From NCBI RefSeq assembly GCF_036321535.1, contig NC_087437.1:93002001-93066000 (forward strand): DNA of 64,000 nt. Reading direction: 5' to 3'. This stretch comes from Camelus dromedarius. Lineage: Eukaryota. Under the pieces are notes generated by a model. The model saw only the letters and a program-made list of their open reading frames with translations. It was not told where the DNA came from and searched no databases. A program made the translations under genes and the position numbers. Numbering within the stretch: position 1 is the first letter of the stretch; every line of letters starts with the position of its first letter. Positions 1 to 13,603 of the stretch are shown one piece after another.

Positions 1-1685
1 ACTGATCTTCGTTTATTTCTTTTTGACAATATTTTGCAATTTCTTCTCTCCCGTGTGTAAGCATGACAGAAGTGAATGTTTACATCTCTGTAATTCTACA
101 ATTGATGTTAATCAGGAGCATAATGCTATGAGGATTGTATCTCAAAAACAGTCTCTTTTTATTCTGTACATTGATATCCTTTATGCCAACATTTGGTATA
201 ATTTGATCTGATACTCGTTTTTGTCATATAACAAATTTAGCTTTTGTAGCTAGTGTGCTTAATCTTTTCTTTTAAGGAAAGTTTTTTTTTAAATTTAATT
301 TTTTTATTAGTGACTTCATTTTGTTGGCAAAATCCCTTAACTATTCCTATTCAAGCTATTATAGGATTCAGCCTTGAAAATCTTCTTCCTTATTAAAGAA
401 AAAAAAACTGAATTCTGATGGTATGTTTTAAAGCAAGACATTTCATACAAAGCAAAAATAATGGGAACCAGAGAAAATTCATCAATAGATTATTGCTTTC
501 GAAGCTTAACTGATTTTTAGGTTTTCTTAGTCAAGCTACTATCAAGGATTTTGCCTTTTTCTTTTCCTTTCCTTTCCTTGTTCAGAATTGCATTACATGA
601 GTTTAAAAGTCTTAATCTAGTCATTCAATCTCTTTCTACCTCCTTCAATCCCTGAATATTGTAGATGTAAAAGGAATTACAAGGATGTAACCATTTTTTA
701 TGATGATTTTATATGGCTTGTATACGTTTGTTTGATTAATTAAAAATTATGAAGTAAATTATGAAACAAAGATGGAGATCTCTAAAATGTATGAACTTTA
801 ATATTCAGACAAAATTAAAAGAAAATTAAAAAAAATCAATTAACAAAGGCTGTGTTCATTTGGTACACGTAGCAGGCTCAATAGCTAAACAACGCTAATG
901 CCAATGATAACTCATATATGACCCTAATTGCTACAATTTTACCAGTCAATTATATGTAGTTTTATGAAAGTTTATCCACAGATTGGTCATTTATATATCA
1001 GGAACTTATTATTATTAGAAAATTGCCTTGATACTTTTATTAGTGTCTCAGTTTTCTTTTCTCATTAATTGAAATATAAACTCAAATTCACCATGAAATA
1101 CATACCTTTTAATATCAGATAGTGTTTCTGATGTTCCTAATTAAAAAATGCAGAATGAAATTTCTTCAATAAGCATTATTATTGTTATTGTCAACTGATT
1201 ATATTAATAGTCTCATTTCTGTTTAATGAAACAAGTATATTATTGGGTAGCAAAAATAGCTCTTTAGCTTTTCCTTATGGTAAATTTAGTGCTTTTATTT
1301 GTGTCAAGTAAAGACTGACTTTTTGTTGTTGTTGTTTAATCCCTGAAAATAATTACATGGGAGTAGGCTAGCAATAAAAACTGCGTATTACAAATTCACT
1401 TTTTTTGAAGGCTCTTCTATCAACTCTAAAGCTCAGCAATGTTTATTCTAAAGGAGTTTACTTTTCCTGGGACTTGTTGAGGACTTAATTTTGTTTAGTG
1501 AAGGTCACTGAAATGTTTGTCTACTTTCTGGGAGTAGGGAGTTAATAAGAGATACAATGTGTTATTTAAACTACTCATTAACATAACTTTAACTCTTAAT
1601 GCTATTGACAAAATTTAACTAAATTTAAGTATATTCCATTTTATTCTTAGAAAAGTGATTGCCTCTAATTTTTTTTTTAATTGCA

Positions 1686-2160
1686 GTATAGTTTCCTATG
1701 GCTGTGGCAGAGATTTGGTATGTTTAAACAACAAATATTTTCTCTACCAGTTTCAGAAACCAGAAGTTAAATATCAGTATCACTGGACTGAAATCAAAGT
1801 GTTGGTAGGGACATACGCCCTCTGGAGGCTTAGGGGAGAATCTTTTCCTTTCTACTTCCAGCTTCTTGTGGCTGCTGGCATTCCTTGGCTAGTGTCTGCA
1901 TCACTCCTGTCTCTGCCTCCTTGGTCATACTGCTTTTTTTAGATTTTCTGTCTCTGTTAAAATATCCCTCTGCCTTCCTTTTATAAGGATATATGTGATT
2001 GCCCCCCTATGCCCCCGGATAATCTTCATAATCTTTCCATTTTAAGATCTTTACTTTTATTATGTCTGCAAAGACTTTTTTTTTTTAGCTATATGAATTA
2101 TTATTTACATGGTCTAGAGAGTAGGATATCAACTTCTGCGGGACTGTTTCTCAGCATCTC
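1686..2160 (-). mobile_element. MaLR solo LTR (MLT1C/D/E-like)
   Basis: Begins tagtttcctatggctg and contains ccagaagt..., aatcaaagtgttggtaggg...ctctggaggcttaggggagaatc and ggctgctggcattccttggct, all recalled MLT1 motifs. Confidence 0.8.
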
Positions 2161-2589
2161 AAAATGGCAAAGAGATTCTTTCTTAAGTAAGCTAACTGAA
2201 TCATAAAATTGGTCCTAGCAGGAATAACAAACAAACAAAACTGTGAAAAAAAATTTATACTTGCATGTCCTTTTTTAAAAATAGGAATTAGTAGTAAAAT
2301 TATAGTTGAATTAAAATATTTAAGAGCTTCTTTTTAAATTATATTAAGGTATTTTGAAGTTTTAATAATCATATCTATGCATTTAAAATAATGTTTATAC
2401 TATGTTAATTATAAATATTAAAAACACATGTTTATTTCTTCAAGCTTCTGGTCATTCATAGAAATATCTAGACTTTTTATTTTTTATTTTTTTGGACTTG
2501 ATGTTTTTATAGAGCTGGTAAGTCACTTAAGACAGTTGACTTTGAGCTTTTCCTCCCCTCGGGGACACTGTCCCTGGTGAAAAGAAACC

Positions 2590-2712
2590 AGAGGAGCCCA
2601 TTTTCATACAATAGAATGTCAGCACTAGCAAGAACCTCCTCCAGATGAAGAAATGGGCCCAGAGAGGGGAGGGGACCTACCCAAGAGCCAGGGGTTCCAG
2701 CTTCTTAGCCCA
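2590..2712 (-). mobile_element. MIR/MIR3 fragment
   Basis: cagatgaagaaatgggccccagagagggga...ccaag resembles the antisense MIR core. Confidence 0.5.
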
Positions 2713-2715
2713 GAG

Positions 2716-2948
2716 TTAGAATAAATTAGGAGTTTGGAATTAACAGAGATGCATTATGATATATAAAGTAGATAAACAACAAGGACCTATTCTGTAGCAC
2801 AGGGAACTATATTCAGTTTCTTCTAATAACATATAATGGGAAAGAATCTGTAAAAAAAGTGTATAGATAACTGAATTGTTTAGCTGTACACCTGAAACTA
2901 ACATTATAAATCAACTACACTTCTATAAAAACTAAAATGAAAAATAAA
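2716..2948 (+). mobile_element. L1 3' end (artiodactyl L1 3'UTR), 5'-truncated
   Basis: gataaacaacaaggacctattctgtagcacagggaactatattca...gctgtacacctgaaactaaca...aaatcaactacacttc followed by an A-rich tail. Confidence 0.85.
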
Positions 2949-3110
2949 CACATTTATTTCTTGAGGCGTTTGGTCATTGGTAGAACCATCAGATTCTCCT
3001 CTGGAACATCACTCACTGTTTTCCTAATTAATTATATAAACTTTTGATTACTTTTTCTAACACTCTTTTTAATTTTTGTCCCACTCACTTCTAAAAATTA
3101 CTTAAAATTG

Positions 3111-3228
3111 GGGGAGGGTATAGCTCAATTGGTAAAGCACATACTTAACATGAATGAGGTCCTGGGTTCATTCCCTAGTACCTCCATTAAAAATAAATAA
3201 ATAAACCTAACTGTCCCCATCACCCCCA
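3111..3228 (+). mobile_element. tRNA-derived camelid SINE (vic-1-like), full length with 18-bp TSD
   Basis: ggggagggtatagctcaattggtaaagc (A box) ... gtcctgggttcattccc (B box) ... (taaa)n tail. Flanked by AAAAATTACTTAAAATTG at 3093-3110 and 3229-3246. Confidence 0.9.
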
Positions 3229-4529
3229 AAAAATTACTTAAAATTGTACTATGTTCTATATGTACGTATATGCATTTTTCTATTTATATATATATGTATG
3301 TACATTTTTAGTCACATTTTAAACACACAAACAATGAATATTCAGCATAATATGTTGGTATAGCTATACCCATTATTTTTAAAATATAATACCAATTATC
3401 TATTTTATATACTTTTATATTTATATATTGCATATAATATCAATTACATTAGATACTATAATATAAATTAGAGACAATTTAAAAGAGGAGGAGATAACAT
3501 TGCTTCATAAGTTTGAAATGACTTTGCTTGGTTATTTACTTTGACCTGTACTCCAGTAAATAGTTATCTTTATTAATGTCTTTTTTTCGCCCTGCCTTTT
3601 TTTTCTTTTTTAAGTTTTCTTCGTAGCATGTAGTTGTGATTTTGGTAGTATAATCTGGACAAATTGAATTATATTTTTCAATATCTGTGCTTTTCTTTTG
3701 GTCTGCTATACATTCACTCATGAATCCCAGAGTTACATGCAATACCATTTTCCAGGGTATGCTAACATTTCTAACCAGATGAACACATCCACTGTTTTTG
3801 TATAAAATTGTTGGCCACCAGAGGAACATCTTATCTTAGTGATTTTCTAGTCCAAAGGAACAATATTCTTTGGCAAGAAGCATTTCAAAAAATATTCTTT
3901 GAATGAATGAATACACACACGTACACACACACACATACACTTCTTTTCAGGTCTTCGCTGTTTTACCAAGCTGTTTCTTATATTGTATATTTGAGTTTTA
4001 AGTGTCATTTTCTAAATAAAATTTGACTTCACACAGTTCACTAAGTCAATTTGACTCTTGCACAGGTAGAGGTTTATTTTATTGACTTCTTTATTTAATT
4101 TAATAATGTCTTTTGATGTTAACCTCCCATAAGTCAAAGAGGTAATTGGACTCATTTTAAAAGGGGCCTAATTACATTTTACTGTGTTACAAATGTTATA
4201 ATTTTGCAAATTATCAATTTGCTCTATAAAAATTCATCATATTTTCATTAGTCTATTCCCTTTAATGTGATTTGATGTATTTTTTTATTACAGTGATATG
4301 TAGTGATATTCACATACTTTTAAAAGTTCAGTTTTTAATAGGGTCAGTATATTTAAGGCACATGTCTATATAATGCGGCTTGAGTAGCACAGCTCCACAA
4401 ATGTGCGTACAATTATGCAGTTCATCTATTTGCAGTCCTTACTAAGATACTTATTTTTTTCTGATTATAGGGGCTCTATATGTGAAATGAAGTGATAACA
4501 CTGCAGAAAGATACAACTGGAAAATAAAA

Positions 4530-5010
4530 GCTACTAATAATTCTCTATGCATAGCTATCCATCTCAATATCTTTTCTATTTTTAAATAATTTAGTCTGTG
4601 AGTTTGTGTGTATTTGTATTAGGAAGATACAGTACATTCTTTTTTATAACTTGAAAGAATTTTCTTTCAACTTTCAGTGTAATTAAATAGTGTAATTTTT
4701 AATAAGCATGCACTATTCTGTCATTCACTTTTTGCTAGTAAAAGTAACACTATGAGTAAGAGGTAAGGATATAGTTCTTTGGACCTATCTCTGATTATTT
4801 CCACAGCGCAAATGTCTGTAATTAGAATTGCTGAATTACTGAGAATTACTTTTTTTAAATTTTTGGTTCACATTGCCAAATTGCTATTTAGAATATTCCT
4901 ACTATTTTATATCATACTAGTAGTGAATGAGACTTCCGGTTTGGTAGTATCAGGTGACCTCTTCTACCCATCAGTGATTAGACTTACTATCTTTGAAAGA
5001 TCAGTCAAGC
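4530..5010 (-). mobile_element. Old, degraded L1 (L1ME-like) fragment
   Basis: ctctgattatttcc...aattagaattgctgaatt...cattgccaaattgct resembles the antisense 3' part of L1 ORF2. Boundaries are approximate. Confidence 0.5.
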
Positions 5011-5340
5011 TAGTTCTTTCTTTTTAGTTTTCTATGTAGCATGTGGTATTTTGAGGTTATAAATTAAATGGCATAAAGTTTTATCTCATCTTAAGAAATC
5101 TTTTATCTGAATCTGAACTTGAGAGAGTACAAATTGAGGAAGTACCCTCATTTCTCCCCTTTGCTGCCCCCCAAAAAAGTTTTATGAGCAAAGTTTAGTC
5201 TAAGAAGGTTATATTCTTTACTCATTAGACTGTCTCTCAAGTTTGATTTATTTAGATTTTGTATAATACTCTTATTTGGTTATCACAGTCATTTAGGAAC
5301 AGCAAATCAAAGGTGAGGTAAGGTGGCTACTGCAGGCAAA

Positions 5341-5505
5341 TGTATTGGTTAGGTGAGTCTAAACTACTGTAACAAAAATACCTCCAAAATTCAGGGGCCT
5401 CAAGAAGAGAGGAATTAATTTACCTTTTATGTAATGATCACAGTTAAGCGTCCAGATTCGGTAGGAAGCTTTTTTCTACATATCATTCAAGGATCCAGGC
5501 TCTAA
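5341..5505 (-). mobile_element. MaLR LTR fragment (MLT1J/K-like)
   Basis: tgtattggttagg...ctactgtaacaaaaatacctccaaaattcag...cattcaaggatccaggct. Confidence 0.55.
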
Positions 5506-5689
5506 TTTTATTACTAAGAGACAATAAAAGAATTGGATAATTAAAGTTTCCAATCCAAGAAGAAATGATTAATAGAAAAGTCTAATAGAAAACACTAATA
5601 AAAAATGAAGTAGAACTTTTGGTAACAAAAATACTGAAGTCATTCAGGAATGAGTAAACAGTCTGTTGTCAGGTGTAGGACTTTCTTTT

Positions 5690-6125
5690 ACTGTACCTTC
5701 AGGCTCCTCAATTAACCTCTTACTATTTCATGGATTCTGGCAGAAAGCACAGGACTCCTGAGTCCAAGACAAATGACTTTATTACTCATGGCACAGTGTG
5801 AGCATCTTACTCGTACCAGTTCCCCTAGTCTTCCAAGTCTTATAAAGGTGACACTGTATGGTCTAGATGGATGCTATGTGCGTGATTAGTTTGCCTCATA
5901 GCTGAAGAATATTTACCTTGGGGAATCCATTCTTCTATGGCAAACAGTAAGGAACCCTATCCATTGTCTTCCAGGGAGACATTGTCTCATTCCTCAGGGT
6001 TGCTTGCTATACACACAACCCTGAGAAATGGCCCCTGTCAACAATAGTCAGGGCCTTGTATTCTTGGTATACCCCCCAAAATATGTAGGTTTGAGAAAGA
6101 CCCATAGAAGGACTTTTCTTTCCAA
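5690..6125 (-). mobile_element. ERVL-type solo LTR (MER54/MER74-like, family uncertain)
   Basis: ggactcctgagtccaagacaaatgacttttattactcatggcacag carries an antisense AATAAA within a GC-richer LTR-like block. Confidence 0.5.
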
Positions 6126-6739
6126 CTCCCACCACTCAATAGCCTCTAAAGACATTCATGTGTATGTCAAGATAAATAAATTAATGTTCCAAAGAATGTG
6201 GAAATTATATCCGGCATGAGGAGATTCTTCATGTTCTTTACTTAAAGTTTCAAATATTCTCTCTGCCAACAGACACCTTCAGAAATAATTATTGGTTTAT
6301 GATCATCCTTCAGAGGAGTTGTAGCGCCATTTGCAAAAGAGAGGAAAGGTAGATGGATTAGGCAGGGTGTTATTCATGGAAATCTGATTTCTAGTACTGT
6401 ATTTCCCTGTAGCCTGTTCTGGGTGAATGGGTGAGCAAAATATATTTCTCAAATGTATCACTGTTGTGTATTATACTGGAAATTTAGGTGCCTTAAAGGA
6501 CATTTGGGGAGGGGGGAGGATAAAATCCTCCTGAAATGGGTTGATCCTCTTCATTCATGCTTTTGTGGTAATTTTTTGAACAATTGCACACTTAGCTATG
6601 ATTGTCTTTAATAAGTGGGAGGCATAATGAAGGAGATAAAATTGAGTTCATGTGAGTTAAACATTCCTTCTTATCACTCACCTGCCCCCTCCATCTTAAA
6701 TCATGCTTTATTCTTCTTTGATATCTGAAGGAAGTGCTG

Positions 6740-6930
6740 TGGAAGCCTGTTAAGAACAAGACAGTGAATATCAGAAGGTCTGCCGAGCGTTTGGTTCTGC
6801 CAATCTGTGACTTCTGGCTACTCGCTTAATCTCACTTAATATTTGGGTTATGAAGATTCTTTTGAGTCAAGTGAGATATGGCTATAAAAGTCCTTTCTAA
6901 ACTATAAAGCATTATACAAATATTTAATTA
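6740..6930 (+). mobile_element. MIR
   Basis: Degenerate MIR head, core and tail (ggttctgccaatctgtgac...cttaatctc...aagtgagat...aaactataaagcattatacaaat). Confidence 0.55.
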
Positions 6931-7912
6931 CCAAGAATTATGCATACTTGAGCTTTTCTCTATTAGAGGAGACTGAAGACTATGTTCTTTCTCAGTGCTG
7001 AGAGCACACTGTGGCTCCTGATCTGAACATTTTTTTGTCTTACTCTTCCTACTTAAAAAAAAAAAAAAGAAAGAAAACTTTTAAAAAAGCTATATTTTAG
7101 TCATTTGGTAGCTCTGTTCATGTAGCTCACTGCTGTCTAACCCTGCTGGTAAGTTCAAAGTTCTCTGCTCAGTACTAAGTCTAAAAAAGTAAAAATTGCC
7201 TTTGCATCTTATTGTTATTTTTTTATACTGATAATACTGACACTGTTGGCAAATATAAAAATAAAAGGTTAAAGGGGAAAATGTTTAGTTTTGTATGGTA
7301 AAACATAATTGGAAAGGGGTGTAGAGGAAGTTGAAGAGTGAAAAATATCCATAGGGTAGTTAGTGGGTGTCTGTCTGTGTCTACAATACAATTGTTAAAA
7401 CCAGTTTTCTCCTTTAGCATCTTGAAAATGTTATTAATGGTTATGAAAAGGGAAAGGAAGAGATGATATAACTCACTTATCACTTTTTAAAAATATAATA
7501 GGATTATTTCCTTCTGTTGATTGATTTATTGGCAGTAGCTTCCAAATAATATTCATGTTCAATATTCAATTCAATAATAATAATATAATAATAATTCAAT
7601 AGTTCAATATTATTTAATATTCTTACCATCTACGGTATGCTTACTTTAATTAACCACTCTAATGCTTGATTGGCAATGATGGAAATTGCCAGAGAATCAT
7701 AAAATATTCAAGCTGGAAGTGACTAAGGATCATATACTATTGTTGATGAAGAGAGCAAGGTCCATAGAATTTAAATATCTTTAAGGTCATACATCTGGGT
7801 GACTGTTCAGATCTTAAGATCCTTTCTCCTTTTCTTAGTTGTCATAGTTATCATGCATTATGTTAGAGTTTTGAAAGTATTTTAAGGCAGTAACATCTCG
7901 TTCTTTTTTTAG

Positions 7913-8038
7913 GTAGTGATTCGGAGTAAAAGTGGAGAGATCTTGTATCGTATTTCACCGTGGGCGAAGTATGTGACTCGTGAAGGTGGTAATGTGAATT
8001 ATGATTGGACACACTGGGATCCAGAAAACCCATATAAA
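7913..8038 (+). CDS. GBE1: GBE1 coding exon (human exon 4 equivalent), 126 nt, phase 0-0
   Basis: Acceptor ttctttttttag, donor AAA|gtgaga. Translates [42 protein letters not shown], matching the GBE1 CBM48/linker region. Confidence 0.97.
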
Positions 8039-8870
8039 GTGAGAACAACAAATCTGAAATAAATGCTTGTTCCAATACTTCTAGGAAAATTAATTTTTAC
8101 TTTTATAACTTAGCAACAACGTTCAACCTCACTCTTCACCAACGGTTTAATATTTTACATCATAGTGTGTCCATTATGCTTATACATATGTCAGAGTCCA
8201 TCAGCTGTAGCCAATAAAATATAAAAGTGAGTTTTTGTTTTATTGTGTGTTTCTGAGGTTGTGGAAGAAAAAGAGAACTAAATCTCTACATACTGACCTA
8301 TAAGAGATACTAATTAAAAAAAAAAATTTAACCAGAATTTCTGATTTGTCAAAGATTCTCCAGTCGTGTAATATTTCTCACTGTCATGAGCTTGAAACAG
8401 GATCAGTGTCCTTAGGAACAATGAATAGTGATGACATCTCATAAATGTATTAATTAGAGTAATTTTTAAGGCTGTCTTATTGATGAGAGTTATAGGTGTC
8501 TTTGAGCTCGCATTTCTGTCCTTTAAGGTATTGAAGCTTGTTAATAAATACTTTGCACTTAATAATTACACATGCATTTTACAGCTATTATGTTTTCTCT
8601 AAGGCTTAGGCTCAAAATATATCTTCACTTAATGATAAGCCAGAAGCCACTGCATGCCTTACTCGTTTAAAATAGGTCTATTACTATGATCCTAAAAAGG
8701 ATTTTTTTTCAAAAGAAAATTTAGTGGAAGTAGCCAGTACTTTTTATATGTGAAAATAGTTTCAAAATGTTTGACTGAGTTACTTCATCTTTTCATTTAA
8801 CATGCTTAATCTGTTAGTGTCATACCTGCATTTTTGATCTAATTCTATATATAATTTTAATATTCTGTAG

Positions 8871-9006
8871 TTTAAGCATTCCAAACCAAAGAAGCCAAGA
8901 GGTCTAAGAATTTATGAATCTCATGTGGGAATTTCTTCCTATGAAGGAAAAATAGCTTCTTATAAACATTTTACATGCAATGTACTACCAAGAATCAAAG
9001 ACCTTG
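8871..9006 (+). CDS. GBE1: GBE1 coding exon (exon 5 equivalent), 136 nt, phase 0-1
   Basis: Acceptor tattctgtag, donor TTG|gtaagt. Translates [45 protein letters not shown](G), with the GH13 branching-enzyme IYESHVG motif. Confidence 0.98.
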
Positions 9007-11152
9007 GTAAGTAAGAACTGTGATTTTTATTCAGATAAAATTTTAATGAGTCTGTTCTCTTATTAGAAAAGCTAATTACAAGTGTCTCCTTTTTTGTGTT
9101 AAGAGATTAAATATGTAATAGAAATGCATTTTATTTTAGGCTTCTCAAATTGCCCTGTAATAGTGATAGCATAGAAAAGAGAAATGGAATAAGATAGAAC
9201 ATAAGAATTTGAGATATTATTCCAATTTCATTTTTAAGTAGTGTGAACTGATGGCTTCCAAAATTGTAGATAAATATGTAAGCATAATTACTTTTCTACA
9301 GGAGAGAATTTTTATCAATTTAAGTTAAGTGGTCATTGATTATAGCCTGTACATTTTAGTCAGTTAAGAAAAAAATGCTTCCATTTGTAAGGTGACTGGA
9401 ACTCATTTTGTTTCAGAATCATTGTATATATAGCTCCTGTCTGGGTGACTTATTTGACAAATATTTATGGTGTGTCTTTCTGTGTGAGACATATTGTTCT
9501 AGGTGTTTGTATTTTGGACTCTAATGACACAGACCCTGTCTTCATGGGGGCAGCCAGGAGAGCAAATAATGTGTGGCTAAATTATTGATTCAGAACACTT
9601 TAAATGTGTTATTTTCTTTTTACAGGTAATGCTTTTTATCATTTCACAGCATATTACTCACCTGCTCCAATGGCTAGGCAGGAAGATAAACTACGTTTAA
9701 TTATTCTGCTTTTGGTAGACAGTCCACATTGTGGCCAGAGGAAAAGTTTCTCATGGTTGAAGTTTCTAGTTCTATAGGGATCTTGATGGCTTAAGATGGT
9801 GAGGTCAAGTTCGAGAAACCAAAATTAATTAAATGTTTGCAGAATTCAATGTTAATTATATTTAATAGATGTTAATGTTGTCATATTTGACATGCTCTGT
9901 CATGTTACACTATAATACTGCTTACGACCTGGATCTTGGAGATGTTTCAGCAGAAAAGGATTCTCTCATTCGTGTTTGTGTTTGAATTGCCTTGCCCAGT
10001 ACTCTGAGCATAAATAATTCAGGAATGGTTAATGACATAAAATTAATAATAAAAGCTATAGATTGGTACTTGATCATAAGAGTAATATGTACTACATCAT
10101 AGAGAAATAAACCACAAACTCTGTATTTTGTATTAAGCATATTCTTGATTTATGTTATCTGAGCAGTAGTTTTATATACATATTTCTACCAGGCCTGATA
10201 TAGTTAATTTTTTTTTCTTTAACAATAAAGCCTGCAGTAATAACTTTTCAGCAGATTGTAAATTACAGAGTTTATGTTATCCTTTAAACTAAGAATCCCT
10301 AATTCTGAATGTGAATTTGTAATTGTTCCAGTATTAATTATGTACTGAAATATGTGCACAGGAAGTTGTATTGACCTGAATTAGACTTTGGAACAGAATA
10401 GGAATCTTTTCTATGTATGTTACAGAAATGTAACTCTCAGAGCAATCAAATCATATTTTAAAATTTTACCAAATTGAAGTTTGAAGATGAAAAAAATTGA
10501 TTTTTAATTTTTTTAAAAGACTGAAGTTTCTTTTTCTCTGATTATTTGCTTACATTAAAAACATATTAGTAAATATTTTTAAGTATTAAGGATTTTAAAA
10601 ATGCCTATCTTTTTGAGTCACTTCATTTAGTATTAAAGCAAAACATTTTCAAGTAAGGAAAAGAAGGATGTGTGTGTGTGTGTGCACATATGTGACTTTG
10701 GGGTAATTTTATAGGTGCAAGAAATAGTGGAAAGTAGAAACAATTATGCTGTCATTGTAAAATCTACCTTGTAGAAAAATGGATTTGCTGGTATATCTTA
10801 TGCTTGAAATAACTGAAATATAAAGAAAAAAGTGAAATAAAAAGTACATGGCATGCAATCAGTTACTTTTTATTTGGCTTTCATAATATTCGATATGAAT
10901 ATTACAAGTGCAACTGAAGTTTAGCATATGCAGATTGCCATCTTTAATATTCTAAAGACAAATTAAGATTATATTTGCATGTCATTTATTACTTGTTAAA
11001 ATGAAGACATTTCAAATAGCTAAAGTACAACCCTCAAGAACTAACTGTCCGATTTTGTGTTAGAAGGTCAGACAGACAAAAGATGTTTAAGTAGTAGAAC
11101 TTTCCAAAATGACCATATTTTCTAGAGTATATGTAAAATTTATTGCCTTTGA

Positions 11153-11320
<168 letters not shown>

Positions 11321-12109
11321 TAAAATGAAAGACTTATATCCATTCTTTTTTGAGCAAAAAATTTAAAAAGGGAAATTAATTTCTTTATTTTATAGGGTGT
11401 TGTTTTGTAACCTAGTTTAGAGTTAACAGAGTTACTAGAAGCTGAGCTTTTCTTTTACTAAGATCATAGACTCTCTTCCCATCAAGCCTTAGAGAGTAGC
11501 CTGATTTTAATATTGCTTTTCATGAAAAGATTTTTTTGTTAAAGAATACCAAGTTAGCCTGCTGAATCTGTCCTACATTTGGAGGCCTAAGCCTTAGCTA
11601 GACAATCACGAATTATGGAAGCCATTACTGCTAGAGCTCACATCTTTTTCTGGAAAGAGATTGACTTACGTAGGAAGGTGATGAGGGGGCCTTCGGTAGG
11701 AAAGACTACCCACAGAATGGCTGTCCTTTCCAGGCTGAAATCCAAGGATTATGGCTCTCTGGGCAGAATGACATCAAGGGGTCCTTAAGCAATTCGAGAG
11801 GTACTGACTCGAATGACCACAAGTTGAACAAATCCAACATTCTCTCTGCCTCATAGAGCTGACAATATGGTGGCATATAGACATAAATCCAATAATCATT
11901 CATACTAGGATTTCTGCATGTAATAAAAGCTCAGAAGAAGATGACAGAGTGCTCTGCTCGTGCAGAATCAGGGGTCTGATCAGTGTAGGTTAGATGTGGA
12001 CTGATGTTGCAACTGAGATCTAAAACATGACTAAGATTTAACTGTGGGGAGGGGTGAAATGGGGGTAGGTAGATGGCATTCCAGACATAGAGAAAAGATA
12101 CTGATCCCT

Positions 12110-13603
12110 TTACCTGTATCTCTTTATAGAATTTCTCCTTGAACAAGTAATCAGTCCTCATTGTCTCTAATTCCTCCACTCCTTTTCTTTCTTGAACTCA
12201 TTCCAAGTAGGCTCTCCACCTCTTTGCTGAAATTGCTCTTGTCAAGGGTACTGACGCCCTCCACATTGTTAACTCCAATCATCAGTTCTTAGCTTACTTG
12301 AACTAGCAGCATTTGGCACAATTGATTACTCCCACCTTCTTGCAACTTTTTTCTTTTCTTGGCTTTCAGGATATTAAACCTTACAGTTGTTTTTCTCATA
12401 TCTCTTATTGTTCTTCTTTGTTTCCTTTGCTCTTTTTAACCACTTCCAGCACTCAGCCCATGGTTCCATTCCCTTCTGTATCTAAATGAAGTACCTTGGG
12501 GTTCTCATCAAGTCTCATTCATTCTTATGGTTGAAACACACTTTGTATGCCAACTCCCAAGTTAATCTCTCCAGTCTTCACCTCTGTTGTGAACTTCAAA
12601 CAGTGCCTAAGTGACACGGAGATATCTAATACATATTTCATACTTAACAGGTTGCAGATTAAACTTCTGCTCTTCCTGTCTTCTCCTGCCATCTTCCCTA
12701 ATTCAGTACATGACATTTCTATCTTTCAGTTGTTCAAGCCAAAAATCTTTGCATTTTACCTGACTTTTCCCTTTTTATGTCCCTCCCTACACTCTAGGTA
12801 TTGTAAAACATAGCCACCTGTGACTTCAAAATATATCCCAAATCTGGCTGCTTCAGCTGCTACCACAGCTACCACTCTGAGCCAAGGTGCCATTATCTCT
12901 TCCTGCATAATTTCATTAGCTCTGGAACTGGTCATGCTGAATTCTGTTGTCCTCCTTTTTCTTTCCTAGCTCTTCTCTCCCTCTACACACATGGACTGCT
13001 TTCTGCATGGTAGCCAAAGTCAGCTTTTTAAAATGAAATTCAAATCATGTTACTCTTGCTCATTAGCCTCTAATGATTCCCTGTCTCTCTCAGAATAAAA
13101 GCCAAATGCCTGTCATTGGTCCATAAGGCTCCCTGTGCTCTGAGTCTTGGCCGACTCTCTGGGCTTATCTCTTGATCATTCCATTCCAACCACACTAGCC
13201 TATATGCTCTTCTTCAAAGGCTCCTGGCTCATTTCTATCTCCAGTGCCCTTTCTCTCTGAACACTCTTCCCCTTAGCTATTCACATGCCTTGCTCCCTAC
13301 TTCTTTCAGGTCTTTACTCAAATACTGCCTTTGTCATAAAACTTTCACTGATGACTGTATTTAAGACAGCCCCCCTTCCTACCAATAGCTTTGCTTCTTT
13401 TTTCCTTAGAGCACCTATTGCTATCTGATATTCCACATACCATGCTTATTTATTATCATTCAACTAGAATATAAATTCCATAAGGGCAGTTTTGTTTACT
13501 TTGTTCACTGCTGAATCTCTAAAGCATAGAAATCTGTATGGCACATGGTAGATAACTTAATAAGTATTTGTTGAACAAACAAATGAGTGAATGAATGAGT
13601 GAA
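12110..13603 (+). mobile_element. L2 (L2a-like) 3' portion, about 1.5 kb
   Basis: gctgaaattgctcttgtcaaggg...cagcatttggcacaattgat...tcaaatcatgttactct...ttgttcactgctgaatctc...taataagtatttgttgaa, ending in an (atga)n-type tail. Confidence 0.85.

Noticed and set aside
3111..3185. tRNA gene (also 41000-41076, 53468-53527, 62655-62722)
   Set aside because: The A and B boxes are followed by a SINE tail and mostly flanked by TSDs, and the stems are degenerate. These are tRNA-derived SINEs.
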